A stretch of DNA of 64,000 nt from Arenicellales bacterium (GTDB taxonomy: Bacteria; Pseudomonadota; Gammaproteobacteria; Arenicellales; Poriferihabitantaceae). This document shows positions 56,026-64,000 of the stretch, piece by piece. The notes under the pieces are model-generated. The model was not told the origin of the DNA and did no database searches. It worked only from the letters and a program-made list of their open reading frames with translations. The translations under genes were made by a program, and so were the position numbers. The stretch spans positions 509,359 through 573,358 of the forward strand of contig CBDDOJ010000001.1 of NCBI GenBank assembly GCA_965231865.1. The letters run 5' to 3'. The stretch's first letter is position 1, and every line of letters starts with the position of its first letter.

Positions 56026-59000
56026 TTACAGGAAGTTGTCCTTCCTTTCTTCTCCTGTCGTCTTTGAATACTCATCCAGCCAGCAGAAGGTGTTAACCAG
56101 CTTCATCTGCTCGACGGTGCCACACGGAATTTCCAGCAGCCTCGGGCTCACCACCACAACGGCCAGGCATTGTGCGCGGGAAACCGCAACATTCAGGCGG
56201 TTCTTGCTGTACAGGAATTCAATGTGGCGCGGCAGGTCTTCAGCGCTGGATGTCACCATGGAAATCAGAACCACGGGAGCTTCCTGCCCTTGAAACTTGT
56301 CAACAGTGCCAACCCTGGCGTAATCCGGCAGGATGGAGCGCAGATAATTCACCTGCACATTGTAGGGAGTCACCACCAGAATGTCCTCTTCGGTGATTGG
56401 CCGCACACTGCTGTCCTGGTCTGTAAACCCGGACCCAAGCAAGGCGTGATATTTGGCTTTGATGATCTCGCCCTCTTCCACGCTCTTTTGGGAGCAACCA
56501 TCATGCTCGGCAGGGATCACCACAATGCCTTCATTGGGCAGATCAACATCCTGAAGGTCCAGACTCCGCCCGGTAGTGCTTTCATGGGCAGTCAAACGCC
56601 CATCATAAAAGGCATCAGAAATAAATTGGCAGATACTCGGACGCATGCGCCATGTCTGGCCAAGAAAGATACCGCGCTCTGCAGGGATGGTGGAATGATC
56701 CCCCAGCAAAAACTCCAGTACTGACAATCCGGCTTCCCCGGGATGCGTGCCTTGAACGGGCTGGCCCAGCTGCATCTGGTCCCCTACCAGAATGATGTTC
56801 CGGGTGGCCGTTGCCATGGCAACGACATTGGCGGTCGCAACCTGTCCGGCCTCATCAATGAACAGATAATCCAGTTGGCCATGAAAATGCGAACTGGAAA
56901 AGGCCCACGCTGTCCCGGCAAACAGGTCAGCGTCACGCTTCATATTCTCGGTCCTGGTTTCTGATTGGATAAACCGGCCATCAAAAACCGTCTCAACATT
57001 GCCCCGGCTGGCTTTTTTGATGCCCTGGAACTGCACGCCTTGTTCGATGGCGACGTTTTCGACCTTTTTCAGTAAATTATGAATGGCCTTGTGCGAGTTG
57101 GAGGTAATGCCGATCTTTTGGCCACGTTTGATCAACTCCACAATGATGTGGCTGCTGGTGTAGGTTTTACCTGCGCCGGGTGGGCCCTGGATAAAGAGAT
57201 AACTGTTCTCCAGCCCGGCGATGGCTTCCAATGCATCCCGCTGCAGGTCCTGTGAGGCAATCACCCTTTCGCCCGGTTGCCTGCCCTGAATACGCGGCAG
57301 ATTGCGGGCCAAAAGTTCTGTGGCGGCATGTATGGTTTCCGGTGCTTCCAGCACATGGTCAGCATAGCGGTAAATCGCCGCGCGGATGATCCGGCTGTCA
57401 ACGGGTCCCGGCGGGCCAATGGACAGGCTTTCCGGCAACGGATCTCTGTTGGCCCCGCGCTTGATTCTGACGATGCAGGCATTCTCATCAATCCCGGCAA
57501 TGGTGCCTACGCTTTCCATGACGGCGATGTTGATGGCCGGTGTGCCGACCTTCAGCTTGTATTCCTGTGACGGGAAGCGATAGGTGTAAATCAGGGAACG
57601 CTTTTCGGGTTCGGGAACACCAATCCGGTGCAAGCCACCCAGACATTCCGTGTCGTCAATCAGTTCATCCTCAAACTTCTCCTGACGCTCAAAGCTGGCC
57701 CACCATTGCGGCTTGGCTTCCCGGTTGTGAAACTCCAGCAAATGGGGCAGGCGCTCATTGACTGGAGACGGGTCTTCGCCAGTCACACCCAATCGAATCT
57801 GATACTTCTCATATTCGATTTCCCAGTCCTTGCGCTGCAACGCTTCTTCCTCAACCTCTTCAGGCAAACCTTTAAACCACGGTGCATCATCGGGCCTGAG
57901 GAGAAGCAGCCAGTCGCGGAGCAAGTGGGTGGAGACACAGTCCACCTCGTTATAATCGGCAATCTCCTGCAGCAATGTATCGGCACGGGTTTCACGCCAT
58001 TCGTTGTAGACGGCGATGCTGTCAGCTGCCGTTGCCACCGCATTGGCCCGCTTATCCATGTAGAAGGTCTCTAAATTCTTAATGGAATACCCGGATTCAG
58101 AGGTGCGAATGCTCTCACGCACCACCAGATACAGATCGATGAATTTTTGATTGCGGAGCAGATTGTCCAACTGCTCTTCACAGACCGCATAACGACAGGC
58201 CAGCCTTTTGAGCGCAGTGGTTTCATAGTGATTATAGTGGTAGACATGGGCGTGTGGATGCACCGCCAGGTGATCGGCTAAAAAGCCCATGAAACGTTTG
58301 AAGGTTTCTTTTTCTTCTTCATGGTCGTGGGCCCAGAACGGCTTGAACAACTTTTCACCATCATTGGAATAATACACCCCAAACAGATATTCCAGGCCAT
58401 TGGGATATAGCGGATCGCCCTCCATGTCGAAAAACAGATCGCCATCATCCGGCACAGGCAGACGGGTGAAGCCTTTGCCCGGCAGGAAGGGAATAATCTC
58501 GTACCGGTCTTCCCCTGTGGTCGCTTTGTGATTTTGCAGGACCGCCTGTGAACGCAGGCGCAGGAACACATCATGGTTGAGACTGGGGGTCTTGGTGTCC
58601 GGCGTGGTCGCTGCCAGGTCCGCCACGGTATGAATCCCGGCTTTCCGCAGCTTATCCATCTGTGAACGCCGGATATTGGCCACAAGACTCAAATGATCAT
58701 CTTCCTCCCATCGTGCCTTACAACCATCCCGCCATTGGCAAAAATTACAGTGACTGCATGGCTCGGGGCAAGAATCTGCAGGCAAGCGCTGGAGATAGTT
58801 TTCAAAGCGGCCTTTCGCGCAGGTATAGTAATAGAGGAAGTCATCCACACGGAAACTGTGTTTTTCGTGATCGCCTAAAAACAGGTGCATGTTGGCCGGA
58901 CGAAAGCCTTGCAAGTCTGCCAGCAACTCGGAATAAACACACAGTTGCATGATGTGTTTGGGGGCAGGCGTCCGTGCCAGTTTGGTATCCAGCACCTCAT

Positions 59001-59385
59001 AACTGAAATCACCCAGGCCGGAAGGTGTGTCGCATTTAATCAGAAAATCAGCATCGCCCCGCCAGGGCGCAGCAAAGAACGCCGCCTGGTAGATGATGTC
59101 CGCGCCGGATTTCATGGCATCAAGCGTTCGCGCAGCCCGATCCTGGAAATTGCGGCCTTTGGGAATTTCAACGACGATTTTGCCTTCATCCTTCAGGCGC
59201 TGGAGGTAGGCAGCCTCATGCTCCCAGCCTTTCTTCTGCAGCAGCTGACCCACCGTGCTGGCCTCCGTCCTGTCCAGGTCCTCACTCAGTGCCTTGACGT
59301 CAAGAAAGCTGGCATAGTGGCACCCCAAAAAGGTGACCAGGTCCGATGGTGAGTAGAGGACCTGATCGTTACCGTATTGCTGCAT
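56026..59385 (-). CDS. RecB/Cas4-like nuclease + RNase-H-like region + DNA2/Upf1-type SF1 helicase (1119 aa)
   Basis: The N-terminal PD-(D/E)xK region has a Cys cluster (C...CSHCNFCQWRDGC). The C-terminal half carries Walker A GPPGAGKTYT, motif II FIDEAGQ and the later SF1 motifs TVDKFQGQE and NVAVSRA. Confidence 0.8.
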   Translation of the reverse strand: MQQYGNDQVLYSPSDLVTFLGCHYASFLDVKALSEDLDRTEASTVGQLLQKKGWEHEAAYLQRLKDEGKIVVEIPKGRNFQDRAARTLDAMKSGADIIYQAAFFAAPWRGDADFLIKCDTPSGLGDFSYEVLDTKLARTPAPKHIMQLCVYSELLADLQGFRPANMHLFLGDHEKHSFRVDDFLYYYTCAKGRFENYLQRLPADSCPEPCSHCNFCQWRDGCKARWEEDDHLSLVANIRRSQMDKLRKAGIHTVADLAATTPDTKTPSLNHDVFLRLRSQAVLQNHKATTGEDRYEIIPFLPGKGFTRLPVPDDGDLFFDMEGDPLYPNGLEYLFGVYYSNDGEKLFKPFWAHDHEEEKETFKRFMGFLADHLAVHPHAHVYHYNHYETTALKRLACRYAVCEEQLDNLLRNQKFIDLYLVVRESIRTSESGYSIKNLETFYMDKRANAVATAADSIAVYNEWRETRADTLLQEIADYNEVDCVSTHLLRDWLLLLRPDDAPWFKGLPEEVEEEALQRKDWEIEYEKYQIRLGVTGEDPSPVNERLPHLLEFHNREAKPQWWASFERQEKFEDELIDDTECLGGLHRIGVPEPEKRSLIYTYRFPSQEYKLKVGTPAINIAVMESVGTIAGIDENACIVRIKRGANRDPLPESLSIGPPGPVDSRIIRAAIYRYADHVLEAPETIHAATELLARNLPRIQGRQPGERVIASQDLQRDALEAIAGLENSYLFIQGPPGAGKTYTSSHIIVELIKRGQKIGITSNSHKAIHNLLKKVENVAIEQGVQFQGIKKASRGNVETVFDGRFIQSETRTENMKRDADLFAGTAWAFSSSHFHGQLDYLFIDEAGQVATANVVAMATATRNIILVGDQMQLGQPVQGTHPGEAGLSVLEFLLGDHSTIPAERGIFLGQTWRMRPSICQFISDAFYDGRLTAHESTTGRSLDLQDVDLPNEGIVVIPAEHDGCSQKSVEEGEIIKAKYHALLGSGFTDQDSSVRPITEEDILVVTPYNVQVNYLRSILPDYARVGTVDKFQGQEAPVVLISMVTSSAEDLPRHIEFLYSKNRLNVAVSRAQCLAVVVVSPRLLEIPCGTVEQMKLVNTFCWLDEYSKTTGEERKDNFL

Positions 59386-59573
59386 ATTATTTTACAAAAA
59401 CGCCATTACTGCATGGTTATGTCGGCACCCGGAACATTCCGTGCCCTGTCGATACTGTTGAAGAAGATGCCGGGATTGATCTCGAAGCCCCTCAGCAGAA
59501 AATCAATACGCTTTGAAAATGAACTGGCAGCGATTCGTGGCAAGATGGACCGCCTTCTGAAGGAGGGAGCCGC

Positions 59574-59885
59574 ATGGGCAAAAAGAAATCACAAGGCCTG
59601 GCTGTTCGCAATCGCATCGCTGAATTCCTGGTCTTTACCCGGCAGGCCGGAGAAGAAGGAATGGAAGTTCGGTATGGGGAAGAGTCCATTTGGTCAAGTC
59701 AAAAGCTGATGGCCGAGTTATTCAATGTGTACGTCCGCACATCAGCGAGCATTTAGTAAATCTTTGATTCTGGTGAGTTAGATGCGAATTCGGTTATCCG
59801 GAAATTCCGGACAACTGCTTCTGATGGAAAAGCCATCACACTGAGTATAACGAAAAACAGGTTGCAACGCCTTGTGCCGGTTTGA
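59574..59885 (+). pseudogene. rhuM: rhuM-like gene remnant (N-terminal ~90 codons, two in-frame stops, then truncated)
   Basis: The translation ...EFLVFTRQAGEEGMEVRYGEESIWSSQKLMAELFNVYVRTSASI**IFDSGELDANSVIRKFRTTASDGK... follows the RhuM N-terminal pattern. TAG TAA lies in frame at 59754-59759. Similarity is lost after ~59831. Confidence 0.6.
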
Positions 59886-59978
59886 TTTCCGCTCTCACTG
59901 AAGCCGCAATCGGAGCGATGAAAGTACGGTACATATCGCCAGTTCTAATCCCGCTTTGGGTTTCATTGGAACCCAGAA

Positions 59979-60467
59979 TTATTTGGCATTTCTGGCAGAT
60001 TGAATATCGCGTATTTCTTGCGGCCAGGTTGATTTAATATAGTTGAGTATTGAAATTATCTCGTTGTCGCTGAGTATATCTTCGTAAGCCGGCATACCAC
60101 TATTTGGGTTTTCGTAGTCAAACTGTTCGGCTATGCCCTTGCCACCAAGTTTTGTATAGTTGAATAAGGTCTCATCATCATGATGCCAGGTATGGCCTGT
60201 TTCATCATGAGGCGGAGCGGGAAATCCACCTTCAGGGATTGGCGTCCTCCAGTTTGGCTGACCTTCCAGATTTTTCCCATGACAACTTGCACAGTGTTGT
60301 TGGTACAGTTTCTCACCCGTGGAGATAGACAGTATTTTTTCGCTTGAAACAAGAACGGTGGTTGGCGTATCGGGTATAAAAATAACAACGCCGCCAACGC
60401 ACACAATCAGAAGAAGCGCTATCAAGGCGACCATGTTTTTGTTCCCTTTTTTGTGAAATATCTTCAT
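59979..60467 (-). CDS. Membrane-anchored mono-haem c-type cytochrome
   Basis: Start moved to ATG 60467 (MKIFHKKGNKNMVALIALLLIV...). There is a single CASCH haem-binding site. Confidence 0.75.
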   Translation of the reverse strand: MKIFHKKGNKNMVALIALLLIVCVGGVVIFIPDTPTTVLVSSEKILSISTGEKLYQQHCASCHGKNLEGQPNWRTPIPEGGFPAPPHDETGHTWHHDDETLFNYTKLGGKGIAEQFDYENPNSGMPAYEDILSDNEIISILNYIKSTWPQEIRDIQSARNAK

Positions 60468-60539
60468 TTCCAGAGTTCCTGGTCTCAGATTTTGATCCGC
60501 CGCACCGTTAACTGCAACCTTCCCAATCGTAATCAACCG

Positions 60540-60973
60540 TCATGTGTCGGGAAATCGACCGCGATCTTTTCACCTGTTGCATCAGCGATAATTTCCAATG
60601 CGTTGAGCGGGTGCCAAAAGAAAATTTCGATTGGATCAGGGGTTACGAGAGGCATGCTCATGGCAACCCTTTTTCCGTTCACCCCGGAAAGTTCGGGTGA
60701 AAATACCCGGTCTGTTGCAACATTGCCAATGCACCGCTGAAGCCTGCTTCATGGCATTGTCAAACCGAACCCTCACGCGCCGCCCCTTTTTGGCCCAAAT
60801 GGTTGGGCCGGGGTGGAGCCGTTAATCTCCCAAAGCGACGCTGAGCTTTTACCTGGCAAAAGATCAGGGTTGACTGGTTCTGCTCGTAACCGCATGACAT
60901 CCTCTGCAAACGCCAGACAAGGCGTGCCAGGAATCGCCGCGGTGGAAACTGGCAAATAGCGACGTGTAATCAT
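60540..60973 (-). pseudogene. Remnant of a multicopper-oxidase (CopA/PcoA-like) N-terminus, frameshifted and truncated
   Basis: A Tat-like signal MITRRYLPVSTAAIPGTPCLAFA is followed by ...LWEINGSTP...GPKRGGA, a stop, and then in another frame RVRVRFDNAMKQASAVHW. This fits the pattern ING..P.P...G..V.v.f.N......HWHG. Only ~430 nt remain where a full gene needs ~1.8 kb. Confidence 0.42.
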
Positions 60974-61842
60974 GAATGGATCTCCGGTAAAGTGAGAACA
61001 CTGGTCAGAACAGCAGTGATGGAAAGCACGAGAACCACCAGCAGAATCTCAATGCGGACTGACTGGTTAAAATGTTTAAGCGCAGAGGCATCTCCTGCTC
61101 TGAGGGCAGGAACAAACCGTAGCTTGTTGGCAGCCGCCAATCCCAGCAAGCCAGCTACGGTTGCGACTTTAACAAGAAGTGTCTGGCCGTATCCTGTGGT
61201 AAATAAATTCTGGAAAGAACCGACCAACTGACAAGCAAACCATCCGCCTGCGATCAGTAATGTGGGCACGAAAATCGCTGCTGACCTGCCAAATCGATGA
61301 GCGATCTCTCCAGTTGTTGCAATCATTGAAGGATTTGAGCTCAATTGATACAGAGGAAACAAAATTCCGGCCCAAAGGGCAATTCCAACCAAATGGATTA
61401 GAAGCAAAAACCGGAAAAAAAAGTTCGAGACCTCGGTTACATGACCAATTTGAGTGAATGCCCCCAGTACAATCAAACAGCCAATAGCCGTTATGCTCTT
61501 GCCCGGTCTGCCAGTAAAAAGCCCAACCAATATCAGCAACAACCCCAGAACACGCAAAACCAATACGGTCCCAACTGGAGTTTGCCAAAGAATGCCAAGC
61601 ATTTCTCCATCGAATACACTTGCTGCTTCACCGGTCAAGCTTGCTGCAGCTGCGGCATGGCCCGCCGCTGCAGCAACCAACCCAGAAACAGCAAATAAAC
61701 CCGTTATCCGCCGACCCGGGAAACTTGATTTTGCTTTACTGGTTTCAAAAAATATCGAGTAGAAAACTGTGCCGGAAGCAAACAGTGCACCGATGTAGAA
61801 CATGAGTTTTGATGTGATTGAAAAGAAGCTCCAAATGTCCAT
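60970..61842 (-). CDS. copD: Copper resistance protein CopD family (8-TM)
   Basis: 290-aa polytopic protein immediately downstream of copC, with family-typical length and hydrophobicity. Confidence 0.78.
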   Translation of the reverse strand: MDIWSFFSITSKLMFYIGALFASGTVFYSIFFETSKAKSSFPGRRITGLFAVSGLVAAAAGHAAAAASLTGEAASVFDGEMLGILWQTPVGTVLVLRVLGLLLILVGLFTGRPGKSITAIGCLIVLGAFTQIGHVTEVSNFFFRFLLLIHLVGIALWAGILFPLYQLSSNPSMIATTGEIAHRFGRSAAIFVPTLLIAGGWFACQLVGSFQNLFTTGYGQTLLVKVATVAGLLGLAAANKLRFVPALRAGDASALKHFNQSVRIEILLVVLVLSITAVLTSVLTLPEIHS

Positions 61843-61848
61843 GCGAAA

Positions 61849-62205
61849 CTATTCCATTACGGTAAATGTGAATTTACCCTGAATGGGATGGCCATCCTGT
61901 CCAAGAGCACGCCAGGATATGGTGTAAATTCCAGTTCCCATTGGTTCAATTGGTAATGTGAACTCTTTTTCGAACCCCTTATATTTGGAAATATCGAGTT
62001 CAAGAGCTTTATGGTCTTCGTGTTGCATTTCAACTTTAGTCAAACGAATTTTTTTGTCCGCATGGATAGAAACTGATTCAGGGACGTCATCCAACACCGC
62101 TTCATTTTCAGGTATGGTCATTTCGAGATCGGAATGTGCGAATGCCTGCGAAGTCAGAATAGCCGGAAACACGACTATCATGATCAAATTAAAAATTCGA
62201 TTCAT
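61849..62205 (-). CDS. copC: Periplasmic copper-binding protein CopC
   Basis: The signal peptide ends ...QAFA|HSDLE, giving a mature N-terminal His. The C-terminal pattern is YTISWRALGQDGHPIQGKFTFTV. Confidence 0.85.
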   Translation of the reverse strand: MNRIFNLIMIVVFPAILTSQAFAHSDLEMTIPENEAVLDDVPESVSIHADKKIRLTKVEMQHEDHKALELDISKYKGFEKEFTLPIEPMGTGIYTISWRALGQDGHPIQGKFTFTVME

Positions 62206-62232
62206 CCTTGTTCCTTTCGCAGCTTGGTGGAT

Positions 62233-62661
62233 TTAGTGGATTCCATTTGCCCGCTGAAGCTCTCGAACATAGGTTATAACGGTGGATACGTCGGCCCGGG
62301 TCAGCCCTTCAATCGGTGGCATATTACCAAATGGCCAGTGGTGAGCACGAACGCCAAGCGCAGCCGCACGCTGAAAGCTCTCATCCCCGTGGTGAGACGG
62401 TTCATAGATTTTGTGTATCAGGGGTGGAGCCACGCCCTCTTGTCCCGCCGCGTTTCGGCCATGACATGAAGCACATTGTTCTTCAAAAATGCGCTTCCCA
62501 AGCTTCCCTGATGAAGACAAAGTATCCGGTACAGATACCAGTACCATTGCAGATGTCCCGTTATTCTCAGTGATGACGGGTTGCTTTGGGTTTTGCCACA
62601 TAAAAATACCAAGCGAAACCATTCCAACCACCACGATACCAATTACGGCTTTGATATTCAT
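62233..62661 (-). CDS. Membrane-anchored mono-haem c-type cytochrome
   Basis: Start moved to ATG 62661 with a GGAGAAG RBS (MNIKAVIGIVVVGMVSLGIF...). The haem site is CASCH. The 5' part of the 281-aa track ORF overlaps the DUF4396 gene and was discarded. Confidence 0.75.
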   Translation of the reverse strand: MNIKAVIGIVVVGMVSLGIFMWQNPKQPVITENNGTSAMVLVSVPDTLSSSGKLGKRIFEEQCASCHGRNAAGQEGVAPPLIHKIYEPSHHGDESFQRAAALGVRAHHWPFGNMPPIEGLTRADVSTVITYVRELQRANGIH

Positions 62662-62669
62662 TTCTTCTC

Positions 62670-63116
62670 CTAATGGCATGTTTTCCCCAGCGCTTTGAGA
62701 CGCCAGTAGTTGTAGGGGAGCGGTGTAATGAAACCGACAGACAACATGATCGGGATGACCCACCATGTCAGCTTTGCACCGCCGGTCAGCCACACATCCA
62801 CAACATTCATGGCCACCTCCATTGAGATCATGGAAATGAGGGACATACCAATTGCGGTTTTGAAGGCCAGCCGAAATGCCATCTGACGCGAAAGGATGAC
62901 CGTTTCCAGTGCGATAGAGGTTAAAAGCCCGTTGATTATCGCCAGGATCATGATCGCCAGAGTCGACCATGGGATGCCGGTAAACTGAAAAAATGCAATC
63001 GTTCCCAGATCTCCCATGGCGCATCCGAGCAGACACCAGGCGGTGTTTTTCGATGCGGTCCGCCAAGTGTGTGGGCACCTCCAGTCGATCAAGATTGCTT
63101 CAGTCATTGAGGCCAT
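62670..63116 (-). CDS. DUF4396-like membrane protein
   Basis: 148 aa with the motif WCLLGCAMGDLG and four predicted TM helices. It is the first gene downstream of the MerR-type promoter. Confidence 0.68.
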   Translation of the reverse strand: MASMTEAILIDWRCPHTWRTASKNTAWCLLGCAMGDLGTIAFFQFTGIPWSTLAIMILAIINGLLTSIALETVILSRQMAFRLAFKTAIGMSLISMISMEVAMNVVDVWLTGGAKLTWWVIPIMLSVGFITPLPYNYWRLKALGKTCH

Positions 63117-63146
63117 AAATGTATCCCTTGCGTTTGTTTCTCAAAC

Positions 63147-63177
63147 AGAATAATCTTTCCAGTAACTGGAAAGTCAA
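63147..63177 (-). promoter_or_regulatory. MerR/CueR-type promoter: TTGACT - 19-nt spacer with a perfect 9-1-9 dyad - TATTCT
   Basis: On the minus strand the -35 is TTGACT (63177-63172) and the -10 is TATTCT (63152-63147), separated by 19 nt. The dyad CTTTCCAGT-A-ACTGGAAAG occupies 63155-63173. For comparison, the E. coli copA CueR box is CCTTCC...GGAAGG (from memory). Confidence 0.72.
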
Positions 63178-63178
63178 G

Positions 63179-63571
63179 ATGAATATATCAAGTGCATCAA
63201 AAATTGTCCGGCTACCGGTCAAAACAGTGCGGTATTACGCTGATATCGGGTTGGTAGAGCCTGCATCACGCACTGAAGCGGGATACAGACACTACGATGA
63301 TGCCTCCCTTCGAAAACTGATTTTTGTCAGGCGCGCTCGTGAATTCGGATTTTCGATTGATGAATGCCGAGAACTTTTAGGCCTGTACGCTGACGAAAAG
63401 CGTTTCAGTGCGGACGTGAAGAAAATTGCCTCGAAAAGATTGGTAGAGATTGAAGAAAAACAGCGAGAATTGCAGTGTTTGCATGATGAATTGGCGCATC
63501 TTGTCAAGAATTGCCGAGGTGATGACCGGCCAGATTGTCCAATTATTGATTCATTACTGGAAAAATTATAA
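63179..63571 (+). CDS. cueR: MerR-family Cu(I)-responsive regulator (CueR/HmrR-like)
   Basis: Start moved to ATG 63179 (MNISSASKIVRLPVKTVRYYADIGLV...). The C-terminal metal loop is CRGDDRPDC (C-x7-C), as in CueR. Confidence 0.85.
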   Translation: MNISSASKIVRLPVKTVRYYADIGLVEPASRTEAGYRHYDDASLRKLIFVRRAREFGFSIDECRELLGLYADEKRFSADVKKIASKRLVEIEEKQRELQCLHDELAHLVKNCRGDDRPDCPIIDSLLEKL

Positions 63572-63611
63572 ATCGTGTCTGGCAGAGAGTGGCCTCCGAG
63601 CCACTGACCGA

Positions 63612-64000
63612 ACGGTTTGGCCTGCTCACAATGCGATATCTGGGCTGTTTGATACCACCAGGCAGACTGCCCGCCTTCATCTGAAAAATATATTGGAAGA
63701 CAGGGAGCTACTGGACGATTCAGTTGTCAAGGATTCGTTGACAACTGCCTCAGACGAAAAGCAGTACCCGACCAACATGCATGATCCGGATGCCATGTTT
63801 GCTGTTGGCTTCCGCGTCCGTGCCCCCCGTGGTACGCAATTCCGTCGCGGGACCAATACGGTATTGAAAGAACATCGTGTTCAGGGCTTTGCCATGGACG
63901 ATGCTCGCCTCAAGCAATCTGAAAAGCGGGATTATTTCGTTGGGTGGCTGGCTCGTATCCGTGATATCCGGGCACCTGAGAAACGCTTCTATCCAAAAGT
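63612..64000 (+). pseudogene. rhuM: Second rhuM-like gene: lacks an N-terminus and start codon and continues past the window end (possibly decayed)
   Basis: The open frame reads ...TVWPAHNAISGLFDTTRQTARLHLKNILEDRELLDDSVVKDSLTTASDEKQYPTNMHDPDAMFAVGFRVRAPRGTQFRRGTNTVLKEH...IRDIRAPEKRFYPK. This follows the RhuM pattern (..HLKNI...GEL...SV....TA.DGK.Y......D.....GYRV.S...TQFR.WAT.VL.E.....IR.IR.SE..FYQK). Several normally conserved residues are replaced, and there is no in-frame ATG before 63778. Confidence 0.55.

Noticed and set aside
62662-63078. The 5' two-fifths of the 281-aa track ORF 62233-63078(-).
   Set aside because: It overlaps the DUF4396 gene in another frame and has no recognisable content. 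The cytochrome c domain starts at ATG 62661 with its own RBS and membrane anchor.
1-64000. CRISPR arrays, rRNA genes, IS elements or transposases, integrases, and additional tRNAs.
   Set aside because: Reading the sequence, I saw no regularly spaced direct repeats, no DDE, tyrosine- or serine-recombinase-like ORFs, and no other cloverleaf-compatible segments. A computational scan (tRNAscan-SE, ISEScan, CRISPR finders) would be needed for certainty.

Overview
The window is a 64-kb piece of a proteobacterial chromosome. It is most likely gammaproteobacterial, judging from gshA and the hrcA-nadK-recN-GNAT-bamE synteny. I support about 55 genes, one intron-containing tRNA and a few regulatory sites. 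I found no rRNA, CRISPR array, transposase or integrase. Contents from left to right: (1) gshA (5'-truncated by the window edge) and a Cys/Met PLP enzyme. (2) A tRNA-Arg(CCU) gene split by a 216-nt group I intron. (3) A signalling neighbourhood with a periplasmic binding protein, a dual-sensor/HAMP-MFS fusion and a Cache class III nucleotidyl cyclase, around a 1.1-kb gene-less gap that holds a GC-rich self-complementary element. (4) A tungsten-type aldehyde:ferredoxin oxidoreductase, an SLC13 permease and a housekeeping block. (5) A six-gene ectoine/hydroxyectoine-type catabolic operon (eutA-phyH-eutB-eutC-doeA-doeB). (6) An AT-richer ~10.2-kb defence island at 26401-36620. (7) A mixed catabolic cluster at 36971-50724: kinase-aminotransferase fusion, second kinase, FAD oxidase, LLM monooxygenase, hydrolases, ThDP enzyme, TauD-like dioxygenase and TauE/TSUP exporter. 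(8) def, an ornithine cyclodeaminase paralog, uspA and an alanine/glycine:cation symporter. (9) A 1119-aa RecB-like nuclease/SF1 helicase. (10) A copper-resistance module (cytochromes c, copC, copD, DUF4396, cueR-like regulator with a textbook MerR-type promoter) bracketed by two decayed rhuM-like genes. The main candidate for a novel system is the defence island. It is one co-directional, tightly packed nine-gene operon in which a Type III-like mod and res are separated by two embedded modules. The first is an ABC-type ATPase (DUF3696) plus a PIN-like protein. The second is a ubiquitin-like conjugation cassette: multi-ubiquitin protein, cysteine-free E2-like protein, JAB-E1 fusion and a DUF6527-like protein. 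All family assignments come from motif reading and memory of the families. No database search was possible.
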